Shown: positions 29,161-42,199, counted from the whole stretch's first letter. The stretch: 63,883 nt of DNA, filler included, from Asterionella formosa (GCA_002256025.1; 12 parts of 12 records of this genome joined end to end with filler, not necessarily neighbours in it); one strand, 5' to 3'. A program made the numbers and translations. The notes: generated by a model from the letters alone, not told the origin.

Positions 29161-30460
29161 AACTAGACCTACGCCACCAACATCTTCGGCACCTACACAA
29201 AGGCCAACTCCTGCTCCGATTCCAGGACAAACACCAGGACCGACACCATCCCCGTCCACTGCACCTACATTGGGGCCAACTTCTGCCCCAATTCCCGGAC
29301 AAACATCTGGCCCGATACTATCCCCATTCTCGGCACCTACAAAAGGGCCCACTCTATCCCCAAATCCAAGACAAACACCTGAACCAACTCTTGTCACGAC
29401 AGTAGGACCTACATCTGACTACACTGTAGCCCCAACGCAGATTCCAAGTAGTGCCCCAATTGTATTAGCTCCACCACAAGTGACTACAATCATGCCCAGC
29501 GCGATACCAAGTATTCAAACCGATCAACCTACTTTAACACCAAATCAAGGTCCGAGTATTGGGCCGACCTACGACCCGACAATTCATCCCACAGTAGCAA
29601 CCGACTTGAACCCATCAGCAACGCCAATAATGGAGCCAAGTTCAGCTCCTACTTCTGCACCCAGCAATGAACCCAGCCTAAGTCTACGCACTATGACTGG
29701 TGTTGTCCATGCTGACGTTGACAACAACGGGAGTGGTGATGTTCCATTGGCAGGAGTTGTTGTGGTTCTAGTTTCTGAGAATGGCACTGTTGTTGAAAGC
29801 ACCAGCACCGACTCAGACGGGAAGTTCATTTTCAAGGATGTTGTACCTGGCAAGTACACAATTATTGAGAAGAATCTTCCAGGCTACACTGATGTGAGCC
29901 CAAATGTGATCTCTGTTGATGTTTCTACAGGTGATGCAACTGGTTTGGAGTTTGTTGATGAGCTCCCTTCTTCTGCTCCAAGTGTGAGCAGTTCACCAAG
30001 CAACATGCTTCCGAAAACCATTTCTGGTGTTGTCTTTGAAGACATTGACAATGACAACAAGAAGGATAATCCTTTGGTCGGCGTTGTTCTTGTGCTCATT
30101 GACAAGGACGGAAATATCGTTGCCAACACAACTACGGACTCGAATGGGTTATTTGTGTTTGAGGGCGTTCCTCCCGGAAAGTATACTTTGGTGGAACAGA
30201 ATCCTGATGGGTACATTGATGTGACTCCAAATGTCATCAACGTTGACACCAGTAAGAGTGATATTACTGATTTGGAGATAATCGATGAGCCTTTGCGTAC
30301 AGTTAGTGGCATTGTTCTCGAGGACACTGACAACAATGATAGTGGCGATGAGCCATTGGTTGGTGTTGTATTGTTACTCCTTGATGATAATGGCAAAGTG
30401 GTGGCCAATACAACTACTGACTCGAATGGCGTGTTTACTTTCGAGAACATCGCTCCTGGA
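28989..30460 (+). CDS. Internal fragment of a large extracellular Pro/Thr-rich protein with SdrD-B/Cna-B-like repeats
   Basis: The frame is open across the whole contig. It has 12-aa repeats PTPYPIPG(T/Q)TPG and mucin-like PT/PS runs, then three repeats of SGxVxxDxDNN...PLxGVVxxL...TxTDSxGxFxF.xxxPGxY. Confidence 0.85.
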
Positions 30461-30560
30461 NNNNNNNNNNNNNNNNNNNNNNNNNNNNNNNNNNNNNNNN
30501 NNNNTTAATTAATTAANNNNNNNNNNNNNNNNNNNNNNNNNNNNNNNNNNNNNNNNNNNN

Positions 30561-30804
30561 ATGCATGTGAAGTACCACATAATTAACACTCGTACGTAGA
30601 CGAAATTTCGAAAAGTCAAATGAATTATTTGAAACATCAACTAATTCAGTCTTGCGTTCAAAATTCATTGTGAAAACTTCACATGAAGCAGTTAAAATTT
30701 CACATGAAACCGTTAAAAGTAATCTTTTTTACGTGAAGAGTGGCATTAATGCATGTGAAGTACCACATAATTAACACTCATACGTAGACGAAATTTCGAA
30801 AAGT
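30561..30804. repeat. Tandem repeat with 188-bp period
   Basis: atgcatgtgaagtaccacataattaacactc.tacgtagacgaaatttcgaaaagt occurs at 30561 and 30749. Confidence 0.8.
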
Positions 30805-30824
30805 GGCGTATTTCGCGGCTTAGT

Positions 30825-31140
30825 TGTAATCCTACTACTTCTTTGGTCAATCATGGATGAGGTCCTTATGCTGTTCTTCAATTACATTCCAATGGCACCA
30901 TCACTTTTCAACAAACTATGCATATTACAGAATGAATTGATATTCGTTGTATCAAACCTTTTCAAAGGTAAAAGGTTTTCCCTTAGTGTGGGAGAGTGAG
31001 CAATTCCACACCACATCAACACAGATGTATATAGGGTTAGAGTTATGTCATATATATCAGAACTTAATAATGAGAGAACTCAACTAATACCTATTTTATA
31101 CTTTGGTGTCAACTAAAAGAATGAGCTGCATGTCAAGATG
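30825..31140 (+). mobile_element. Decayed copy of the same Gypsy family: integrase 3' end, PPT and LTR start
   Basis: Aligns to the reverse complement of 27416-27690 and carries many CG>TG/CA changes. Confidence 0.85.
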
Positions 31141-31160
31141 AATGAAATGATAAACTCATA

Positions 31161-31681
31161 TACCTGTATAATTCAAGAGTCCTGGGAGGATTGCTGCCCC
31201 CCCCCCCCCCCAGTACATTTTTTTCGTCGTGACACCTAACTCCCAATAATTTTCTAGACATAGACAAAGTAACGTTCTGTAATTCTGTTTTTTTCTCGTT
31301 GGCACTGCTATATAAATATTTAGCTACGATTTTTCGATTACTTTGTACATATAAAACACTAGATTACGAAGGTAGTGGTTGTGAGCAGCTCGAGAATCCT
31401 GCATCATGTTGTCGCAACCTTGACCATGACAAAATACGAATTATCTCCCCGAAAATTGAGAACAACGCTTTGCCGCTTGCAACATACACACAACATAGAA
31501 AATACAATGGTGAAAGAAGTAAAGTAATAACACTAATAATGACATCGAAAATTAAGATCGCCAATAGCAACATGAAGTCGCATTTTCTTGCGAGATGAAG
31601 AACTCTCTCATTTTTCACCGGACGGACCTAGTTGCCGTATTAATAAGGTTTGAGGGGGCCAGGACACTGTATTATACGGTA
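31161..31681. mobile_element. Non-autonomous TIR element (MITE family A, Tc1/mariner-pogo-like ends)
   Basis: Ends are TA-CC(T)GTATAATTCA..GTCC..C-run and G-run..GGACACTGTATTATACGG-TA. The body is homologous to 34233-34907. Confidence 0.7.
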
Positions 31682-33068
31682 TTCAACAAATACCGGTATC
31701 ATAGTCTACTTCGTCTACCGGTACCAGGTACGGCAGATAGATACGAGTGCCGGTACTTCACTCCGTACGAGGTCCGCTACATACGCATGCACTATGAACA
31801 TGTCTATGGTCCACCTACCTGGTAGTATGTATAGTCGCGGACGAGCTGATGATGAGGAGCCACAACTTATCAATTGTTATACCGATATATGCATAAGGTA
31901 CATATATTAGTCTCATATAAACTCCTCTTTCTGTATATTGACAAAAAGTACAATGACCACATCAAGAAGCGATGATGCAACTGTTAAAGAAACGCAAACA
32001 GCATCAACTTCGAATGAACCAAACCTCGCANNNNNNNNNNNNNNNNNNNNNNNNNNNNNNNNNNNNNNNNNNNNTTAATTAATTAANNNNNNNNNNNNNN
32101 NNNNNNNNNNNNNNNNNNNNNNNNNNNNNNCTGTATCGTCATTTGCTTGTTGAAATTGTCCGTTGCCTCAAACTTGCTTGGCGTGTGCGTGCAGACACTG
32201 TCGACTGGTTTTCAATGGTATGTTGTTCTTGTATTCACTGTTGAACTTGTCCGCATCTTTGTTACCATCAATAGAGCGACGCAGACGAAGTGGGCCTCTT
32301 CATTGTTGTTTGCTCCTGAAAATGTCGGTGTCCGTGTCCGTGTCATCCTCATCAATAGAGAGACAAGTTCTTTCGTTGGAAAAATTGGTACCCGTGGTAT
32401 CATCATTCGCTCGTTGGAACCGCTGTCCGTTGCCTCAAACCTGATTAGCGTCTGAGTACCGGTATGTGCACTGTCGACTTTAGTACATTACAGGCGGAGT
32501 GACTTCGCTACTAAATTGCGTGATATAATAATATACCCTGTAGCACATCGCAGAATACATTTGCTTCCCAATCATCTCATCATGATTGATAAGATGATAC
32601 TGTGATACTATCATGATAGGGTTACATCGATGCATACATCACCAAAGTATGACACGTAATATTGAATAAAGTACATCACATAGCTATGATACAATTGATC
32701 CTAAAAATATGATGATTTTATCAAATTTTTATGATATAATTTTGATCAAAATATGATCATGTAAAAATAGTACCATGACAATAAAATACGATAAAATATG
32801 TACGCAAGTGTTACCAAGACATCATAAAAAATAAATCAAGCAATCATAAAGTATGTTAATTATTATATGTGTTTGTCGTTTAATGTATACACTTAAAGTC
32901 AACACTTAATATGATAGTATTATACAGTGGATAGGATCTAAGTATACGGATGCGTTGATATGTGCATCACTATAATATGATTTGTGACATGATGGATTGA
33001 TGCATATCACATACGGGTATCCTCAACAACCAGCCATCACGTTCATTGTTGTGTCGTCTTTCCTTGTT

Positions 33069-33290
33069 TTAGCTATATATATGCTCAGATCCGTTCTTCC
33101 ATTGCAAATCTTCCTTCAATAGGTCAAACTCGTCATCCTTGATCATTTGCCTTCCAGCGGCATCGTAGGACTGAAGCGCGTCCAGAAAGATACGCTCCTT
33201 TTCGGCTACTGTGAGACGAATGAGTTCCCCACTTTCCGGATCGACGATACAGTATTCCTTGTCAGGACTACTTTCGTTTTTGCTTGATTC
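33069..33290 (-). pseudogene. PGRL1: Truncated PGRL1 (PGR5-like 1) exon fragment
   Basis: After a CATAG acceptor it reads ESSKNESSPDKEYCIVDPESGELIRLTVAEKERIFLDALQSYDAAGRQMIKDDEFDLLKEDLQWKNGSEHIYS*. This resembles PGRL1 YC...E.EFLQALQSFY..GK.IM.NEEFDNLKEELMWEGS, but it stops before the TM helices. Confidence 0.75.
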
Positions 33291-33702
33291 CTATGGGGAA
33301 AGATGGAAGTAAGAATTTTTATTTACTCATTAATAGTTACTAACAAAATGGTTATTTGTTTTTAATCAAGTACAGCCATTTGCAAATAACCGGACGCTGG
33401 TGTCGTTTCTTTTGCTCCATCGACCGAGTCGGACAGAAGTGTCATGTTTATGACAAGTCTCTTCGTTCCAACCACTCCTCATATTCGAAACCCGTTTGAT
33501 TCGTCGTTGTGGCAAGTTTTGTTGTGTTGCGTAGGAAGTCACAAATAGGCGGGAGACATCCATCGACCAAGTCGGACAGAAGTGTCAGGTCAGTTCTTGT
33601 CANNNNNNNNNNNNNNNNNNNNNNNNNNNNNNNNNNNNNNNNNNNNTTAATTAATTAANNNNNNNNNNNNNNNNNNNNNNNNNNNNNNNNNNNNNNNNNN
33701 NN

Positions 33703-33952
33703 TATTAAATGCAAAATTAAATCCATACGAAGGCCTACGTATCCTAATATAGTAGCCATACCGGTTTACTCTACTAGTGTTTTTATGTATATAAAAGAAT
33801 CGCATTTTTAGCTAAATAATTGTGTACCAGCGCCTACGAGGGCCAGCAGAATTAACGCACGTTAATTTGTCCATGTCTAGAAAATTATTGGGTGTTTGGT
33901 ATCACCTCGAGAAAAATGTACAGGGGGGTCCGGGACACTGAAGTCTATGATA
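33703..33952 (-). mobile_element. Partial inverted copy of MITE family A
   Basis: The reverse complement matches the left end of 34233-34430 (C-run, gtacattttt, aataattttctagacat). Confidence 0.7.
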
Positions 33953-34232
33953 GTTATCCATTTTCTCTGTGTCCGGTGACACATGGTGGCTTCGTCATGA
34001 TTTACGCAATAGCTGTTTATATCGTGATCCGCTTACCCTTTAATATTAGACATCCCGGTAGGATGATAAAATAAATATTTGGAGCAAAAAAGCCCTATTG
34101 CTACTTTTTATGAAATGTTTATGATCTAGCCATAAAGTAGAGCACAGTAAGATTAAAAGAGATCAAGTATTTATTAAATATCAAAAGCATGATCATTTAC
34201 TGGCTGGGGACGCTTAGTGTATTACCAGTGGC

Positions 34233-34907
34233 TACCATATAACTCATTGTCCCAATCCCCCCCCCCCCATGTACATTTTTTCGAGGTGGCACCAAAAAAC
34301 AAACACTCAATAATTTTCTAGACATAGACAAGAAAGTAACGTGCTATAATTCTGTTGGTCCTCGTAGACACCACTGGTATATAATTATTTATCTTTGATG
34401 TTGTGATTCCTTTGTACATATTAAACACTAGAGTAGACAGGTAGCTACTGGTAGTGGTTGTAGTAACAAGCAGCCGGAGAATCCTGCATCATGTTGTCGC
34501 AACCTTGACCATGACGAAAATAAAATTATCTCCGCGAAAATTGAGAACAATGATTTGCTACTTGCTTTGTATATTAGCTAAGCATAACATAGAAAATAGA
34601 ATCGGCAAAGAAGTAAAGCAATAACACTAATAATGACAACGAAAATTGAGATTGCCGATAGCAACAATATGAAATTGCGTTTTTCTTGCAACCTGAAGGA
34701 CTTCGTTATTTTTTACTCAATGGAGAAAATGATCATATCAATGTTTATTTGAAAAATGCGTGCCATCCTGGAGAATCGATAAAGTTTACGTATGTCTATT
34801 ATAAAGGAAATCTCTTCATTTTCCTGACCCATCCCTTAAGTAAAATCAGTCAAATTCAGTCACATCAGGATACATTGGGGGGGGGCAGGACAATGAATTA
34901 TACGGTA
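34233..34907. mobile_element. MITE family A, full copy
   Basis: TIRs are taccatataactcattgtcc..C-run and G-run..ggacaatgaattatacggta. Internal sequence is homologous to 31161-31681. Confidence 0.75.
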
Positions 34908-35902
34908 TGTTTTTTTACATACAAGTGTAGAAGTATGAACGCACTCTATGTGTTGTGCATGGCTATATATGCACATGTACCCTGAATACTAACTATCTCA
35001 TAAGAAGTGCACTGGACTAACGGTACCGGTATTGCCCTTAGAAATCCATCAATTTTTAGCGGCACATACATACCGGTATTCTTATTATTACCGGTATGAT
35101 GATGTCAAGAAATCAAGAAGAGCGACGAGGAGACACATACCGGTAGTATGCATTCCACCATTGAAATTTCATCTACACTAGACTACCGGTACCTGGTACC
35201 GGTAGTATGGGCTGCATCTTGGGATGCTTTGACGACAAGTGGTAGCCTACTGCGCATTCAAGTTGGCAAAGCAACTGCCAGTCCAAGTAACATTCTGGAC
35301 ACACAGAAATTTACATACTATATAATAAGGTGAGTACCCCGGGTATCTACCGGTATGCTTGTCTTGGAACCGAATTTAAACGTGTACTGGCCGGCGGGGA
35401 TAAGAAGAGTAGAAAAAATCATGTCGTTGTGTAATGACGTACCGGTTATAAAATGCCAGCAGGAAAATACCGGCAGGCTACCGGTGTTGATAAACCCTCC
35501 GTCGGCGTACCGGTACCTGGTACTAACTGGTATAGGATTACCTGGTACCATAATCTTCATCTACATTTTTGGAAGACTATTTATTACCGGTTTATTCACC
35601 AGGTAGGAATGCCGATATGGGTGTGTACGTTTATACGAATACTTTTTTGACACGCACGCATTGGATTGGCGAACAGAAGTGTATACATATGTATTGACTT
35701 CATCCACTCCAGAGTATTACCAGGTACCCTGGTACCTTCTTGCGAGTATACAGGCATCTACGGGACCGTATATGAAATCGGGTATGGCACTGAAAACGAG
35801 CTGTCCTTCACACAAATCTTCACAGTTAAAAATCAATGGAACATACCGGCATCGTCTTTAATACAGTGTTACTTTTATTGCACTCTCAACTTCCCGCACA
35901 CC

Positions 35903-36942
35903 ATGATTCGAAGCAGCGCCTCTCTGACAGCCGATGATGTTTGTATCCCCTGTGTAGGTGCTTGAAGTGTGTACTTCGTGCAATAAAATCGATGGATGCC
36001 TTCTCACTCAGCTCGCTATATTCGTATTTGAATTCTCCAAACTGATCAGCGCGTTCGACGATCTCCAACCTGCAACACCCCAGAATGGGATGATTTGACC
36101 TTGATGGTTTGCACGATGCGTCAATGGAATCCATCGACCTTTAAAGCCAACAAGAGCGACACTTTTTTGCACCATGACGCACCTCACGACGGACCGGAAT
36201 TGATCCTTCGAGTAGACGGATTGCAACTGTGGGATACCAGCCAATCGAATAGTACAAGGATCAATTCGTTCGACAAGCGCAAGATTTGGGCGGAACTCAA
36301 GCGACCAGAGAATGACGTTGTGGAACCTGTTCGTATTCCTTGTAATGACATTCAATTGTGCCAAGGTGCAGAGGAGATGTTGTTTTTCACTCTCAAGTCG
36401 GGCGCCTACTTGGAAGTTTCCTTTTCATCACGAAATGCTCACGACGTCCTTGTGGCATTTTTGGAAGCAGCGTTGCCGCCGGAACGGATGGAGCGACACT
36501 GTAACGCGCCCACGGTGGATGGCTGCGGGACGGCAGAAAGCTTTGATGTGGAAATGCTCACTGCCAGTCGGATGCGAGAACGATTGCAAGGCGAGAGTTG
36601 GAGGGAAAAGGCGAGGCGCAAAGTAACACATGTGGTCAACCGCGTTGCGGAATGTAAGTTTAGCTGATTTTGGTGTATCAGTGATGTTACCGCGCTGGGA
36701 GGTATGGGCTCACGAACTGTTGCTCCATAGTATCTGCAGCATTTTCCGAACGGGCATGTGCTCCTTGTTACGACGAAAAATCACCCGTCAAGGAAGACGT
36801 GAAGAAGAGCGGATCTTTGCCTGCTCCTCAGTTTAACTTTCCGGATGGATTGGAAGAGTCGCCTGAGAAGGCATCAAATGATTTGGGACACTGTCAGGTT
36901 CCATCGGGAATGTCCATGGAAAATTCCGAACAGGAAATATAA
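35903..36942 (+). CDS. Hypothetical protein, three exons join(35903..35953,36050..36653,36731..36942)
   Basis: GT-AG introns join the frames consistently (phase 0 and phase 1). No family was recognised. Confidence 0.65.
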
Positions 36943-38978
36943 TGGGATTTCGTTGGACTAGGTGGCAAGAACAAACTCGTTTTGTGGAAACAATAGTACA
37001 GGCATGGACTGGGCGTAGCAATGCTGAACTTTTGATGCTTCTGAATCCTGGTTGGTCGACCCCTACTAGTCAGGGAGTGTGCCAAAGTTTGCCCACTCAG
37101 CACCTATGCGGGCTTGTCAAATGGCAGAGCATGCACGGGTCGAAATATATCTAGAATTTAGATGCAATATTGTCAGTTCCTCTTAAAATAAATCTGTTTT
37201 CCCTATAGCCAATCATCAATTTGCAAAAAGCCTACACTGCTTGTCAGGTATTATTTTAGGCAAAAATGTCCCAAATGCTGCATTGCTTTGACTTGGAGGA
37301 TCATTTGCATGCAGGAGGAGAATCATGAATCAATTTGTTCATTGATTGATATTTGTGCAAGTTTTATTAATTGCGAAAGTTATTAAAAGTAAAAACCCTT
37401 GCAAAATTAAGGCAACAGTGATGTTTGCAAGGAAATAAATGTCGCTATAAATATTTTTCACCCTCCCTGATACCTTACATGATGCCTACTAGTTGAACAA
37501 TTCAATATTCATTTTGTAAGGTTAGGTGCATGTACTATTTTTTTGAATCCTGACAGGGGTATGATCATATTACTAGATGGATTGTTTTCTCAGTATTCAT
37601 GTATAGAAACCACATGTCTCCACTTTCTCCTTTAATAAATTATTATTGTGTCGCACATTGATGTATTTTGTTTGTCACCCAACCTTCGTACCGGTATTCG
37701 CTGATAGGAATATCACACCAGTATCTTGCAAAATGATGCGTAGCAATTTTACTGTACCGATTTCACTTAGCTAACTGGTGAGCGATGAAGATGGTTTCCT
37801 TTGTGACGCTTTTTCATCATCAGTTACTACACTGTCAATATTGCTTGCCCTCGTCTTAATATCCAATTTACAGTTGCATGCAGTTCCCACAATAGTTATT
37901 ACCCAAATAGGCACTTATAAAATTCTCTTGTTTGCCAGAAAAATGTACAAACGAACTGCCAAAAAGGTTTCACACACAGTTCATTCAGTCTTGTTCTCAA
38001 CTTCAACTTTCGGTTTTCGGGTTCATCTGTAGTACCCAAGCGGGTTTTTGGTGTTCAAGTGCTCGTCATCAGGAGTGTGCAAACTCTGCCAATATAATCT
38101 TCTCCCCTTTTGCACTATACTCCAAGGTAATATTCCTAGGCATTTGTAATAACTTTCGTGTCAATGTGCATAGACTATGTTAGTACGCATTCTGTCGTAC
38201 ATACATAACACATGCATGATAAAAGCACTCGTGATACTACATTTAGTTGCATTAGTAACCTCCAGCAAGCTTGGGTGCGTGCTTTTCCCGGTGGTTTTGA
38301 CCAAACCATTTGTCCAAAAAAATCAATTAGATTACTAGATCGTAGGATGATGCTAAATAATCCAATTGGTACTTTTTTGCATTCATGTGGTCAGGGCTGA
38401 ACAAACAATTAGCTAGTTGCATGTACGTGCTAATAGCTACGTTCAGTCGTCCTTTGACGTTTCTGTGAATTTTCTGAAAATTTAGACATAAACATTGTGG
38501 CAGCACTTCTGGTATCCCTCATTGCATTCCAGAATATTAGCCAGCCATGCGCTGTGTGGTATGGAGTTAAGTGGTTCAGTGAATTTGATGGTCAGTGCAT
38601 GCCTATGATTACATACGCTAAGTGGTGTGTGTGCATATAATGGTATATATTACTAAGAATAGAGGGAACGGCTTATTGGGCAAGCACAGCATATTGTCTT
38701 TGAGCTGAGAAATTTGTGTTGTTTGATTGCTGGATTTGATTCCTTCACTCATTGCTGTTTTCCATAGTGCCACCACCAAGAAGACACCTTTCTTGCAAGG
38801 TGGTCGGGGACTCTCCTCTGCCAACACAGTAGGGAAACAAAAGTCGTGTTGGCAGGTATCAAAATGAACACTTGCCTAGAAATAGGGTAGTACAAATGAG
38901 TATATGGTAGGTACATTTAGCTAGCTAGATGCACTTCGATATAATACTTTTCTACACTATATATGAAATATAGCGGTA

Positions 38979-39345
38979 GTAGTCTTTAACTAAGTCTATA
39001 TTTATATTCTATATGGGCAACATAAGATGATATTGCGAGCGAGCCTTCTTATTTTGTAGAAGTAAAAGTCTAGGCAGAGTTGAAGTGGCGGCACATATTT
39101 AGTCTACCTTGCTGCTGGTTTTCCAAAACATATGTATGGAACTGATGGTATCTGGTAATAGTACTAGTCTTAAACTAGTCTATATATATATTCTATATGT
39201 GCAACATAAGATGATATTGCGAGCGAGTCTTCTTATTTTGTAGAAATAAAAGTCTAGGCAGAGTTGAAGTGGCGGCACATATATAGTCTACCTTGCTGGT
39301 TTTCCAAAACATATGAATGGAACTAATGGTACTAGCTAGTATCTG
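38979..39345. repeat. Two-copy ~185-bp tandem duplication
   Basis: The segment tagtct...caacataagatgatattgcgagcgag...gttttccaaaacatatg...tggta is repeated. Confidence 0.9.
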
Positions 39346-40170
39346 GTACTAGTAAAATACTAAATCAATGTTTTTACCACTGTGAAGAACCACTGAATGC
39401 TTCATAATAGCATCTTTAACTTTGATCCATTTCTGAAACTACTAGCCCCTTCATGAGCATATATCATGCTATGCAGTTGCAACCTTAGCTTTAGCTAGAT
39501 ATTCATTTATATTTTTACTTCAAAAAATTACGTAAAGAAAGGAGCATATTCGAAAAAGAAAGGCTTTGAATAGTATGGATTGGCACAAGTTTTGAATCCT
39601 CATCGGGGCTCAGTATATTCTACATTTGATGTTGTATACAAATTTTTGATATCAATTCAATTTTTTGTCTAAGAGCAGTTATTATCAGTGACTATAACAC
39701 GACGACATCAAATCGTATTTTAAAATTAGTTAGTCATATTAGTCGAGCGAATGCACCAGTACTTACCCAGCGGTATGTATGTACCAGTATTTAAATGTGA
39801 ATTGTTTGTAGGGTAGGAGTACCAAGCAAGATCCTGTATACCAGCCAGTAATCCGGCGCTACGATATATTTCAATGTATTTGTGTGTGTATGACACAGCC
39901 ATACATGCATAACAGCTGGCCACCATCACCATATCATTGCAGCCAAGCCTCGCAGTGCGGTGCTGTGCGTGATTCGAGAACCTCCCCGGATATTTCGTCT
40001 CTCCAACCGTTCGTATCAGTACCCGGTATTTGAAACGGTCAGAAATAACCCCCCCGCGCCAGACAGCGCTTCCAGTGTTCGCTACTTTTTCCAGTTATGG
40101 CAAGATCTCGGTTCCTTCCTTGTTGCATTCATTTTTGTCGTCGTCTCATCACGAAATCAATACTGCAATC

Positions 40171-40986
40171 ATGGCGTCCGATCAGATTCGACAAATGGTG
40201 AATTTCATCCTCCAGGAGGCTCATGAAAAGGCCAATGAAATTCGTGTCAAGGTAAGGAGCAAGAAAGCAACGATCCGACAGGATGCGCCGCTATCGGCAG
40301 CGTTGCGGCAATGACGGCGGACCGTTGCTCGCCAAATATCTTTTCTTTATTTTCTTCTCTTTGTATGCTAAATTTTTCGCTCTTCTTGTTTGTGTCTTTA
40401 GACGGAACATGATTTCAACTTGGAAAAGCAAACGTTGGTGCACGAAGCCAAGCTCACCGTCCAAGATGACTTTCTCAAAAAGGAAAAGGACCGTGAAGTG
40501 CAAGAGCGCATTGCTCGTTCGTCCGAAGTTGGCGAATGCCGTGTGAAGAAGATGCAGCTTCGCGATGATTTGCTGAACACTCTCATATCCGAAGCTGGTG
40601 CCAAGTGCGCTGTGGTGGCTCGCGGAAGCAATTATCCGCAATTGCTTCAGAAGCTTATTGTCCAAGCCTTGATTAAGATTGAAGAGAATGAAGTTGTTGT
40701 TTTTTGCCGTAAGGACGACGTTGCCGTTGTGTCTAAGGTCCTACCTGCGGCTGTGGAGGAGTATGTTCAGATTATGATGCGAGAGTCGACTGTGAAGTTG
40801 ACTCCTGTTGTGACCTTGAACTCTGTTCGTGATAATGATTTGGCGGAATCTACCTACGGTGGAATCATGGTGACGGCGGATTCGGGACGAATTGTCTGCG
40901 ACAATACCATGGCCTCCCGACTTGGGCTTGTCTATGAAGAGTTGCTTCCCAGCATTCGTGCTATTTTGTTCCCTGATGATCAGTAA
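40171..40986 (+). CDS. VHA-E: V-type proton ATPase subunit E; join(40171..40251,40402..40986)
   Basis: QIRQMVNFILQEAHEKANEI...EHDFNLEK...GGIMV...GRIVCDNTMASRL...LLPSIRAILF, with a phase-0 intron GTAAGG...TTTAG. Confidence 0.96.
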
Positions 40987-41710
40987 TTACTGCGTTTTGT
41001 GGTGCATGAATAGAAGGAGCCATTGAAAGAAGGAGAATCGTGCATAGTCGACATTCGTTTATCTTATATTCCCATACTTGCAAACAAATGATAAATCTAG
41101 TCATGGTGGGGTAGAGTTCTGTGTCTCCTGCACTTTAAATATACACTGGGTTTCGTTTTGACCGTTCTAAGGAATACATACCGGTAGGGATATTGCCTTC
41201 CCAACTATCGTAATCATGTTTGCCTTTTCGTAGTGAAGCACTTGTGCTTAGTATTGCGGTTACCAGGGGGGGGGGTACAACGTTTGACAATACCGTCCTC
41301 AGGCAACATACAGAACCGGTACTGTAGCAGCCTGCAGGTATATCTACGTAACGATACCTGGTACCAGTACACCCAAAAGCAACGATGTTCATCCGGGAGG
41401 TACCTGGTACAAGTACCTGGTCAGTACGGGAAACTCCTTACTTCCTCGCCATGTAGAAAATTCCTTTATGTGTATCGTGTACAGACCTTGTTTTTTTATC
41501 ATCGAAATATCATGCGAAATTCTAGTCGCGCGTACTTCTGAGAAGTTCGCGTATCGGTACTTCTTGAAAGGTACGCGCGACCATCATTTCGTCAAAGCGA
41601 ATTTGAGCTCTGATGTGGCATTAAACATCAAGGGGCAATATGAACACCTCTTGCAGTACACGGCAAGATAACATATTTACCTGGTAGTATCACACTGATA
41701 GAGTTCGAAC

Positions 41711-41832
41711 GAAAAGACCTTAAAAGACCGCAAAAGAACGTGAAGTTCGCAAAAAGCAGACCGCAAAAGAACGGAAAAACCCGGATATGTGACGTTCTTT
41801 TACGGTCTTTTACTACTTCACGTTCTTTTGCT
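41711..41832. repeat. Short motif array with direct and inverted copies of AAAAGACCGCAAAAGAACGTGAAGT
   Basis: Two to three forward copies are followed by two reverse-complement copies. Confidence 0.7.
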
Positions 41833-42199
41833 GTAATTTTGAAAAACGTGATGCGAGGTCGAGCATTTTAAATACAACACAGTTTTTGTTCGTGACTTTT
41901 CGTACATCGGAGTTTCCGTCAATTCCCCGCTATTTTATTAGCCCAGTTTACCAGTATATTGCCGTTGCGTATTTATACTAAAAGCATTAGCCGCCAACTG
42001 CATTACCGGTAGCGGTACCTGGTACCGGTAAACCATTTGCTTTCTACAGGTACTATGTAGGAAGTCTACGAGTCCCTGGTACTAGGCAACTACTATCATA
42101 CGCACATGTAATAAATAAATATTGCTACATAGCAAATTCTTACAAATCTCAAGACCAGCAAAAATCACCAATGCTCGTCGTAGTTGTCGCTACTTCACC

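Noticed and set aside
27416..31140. Inverted Gypsy copies apparently flanking the SdrD-B gene
   Set aside because: These are three different contigs, so the adjacency is artificial.
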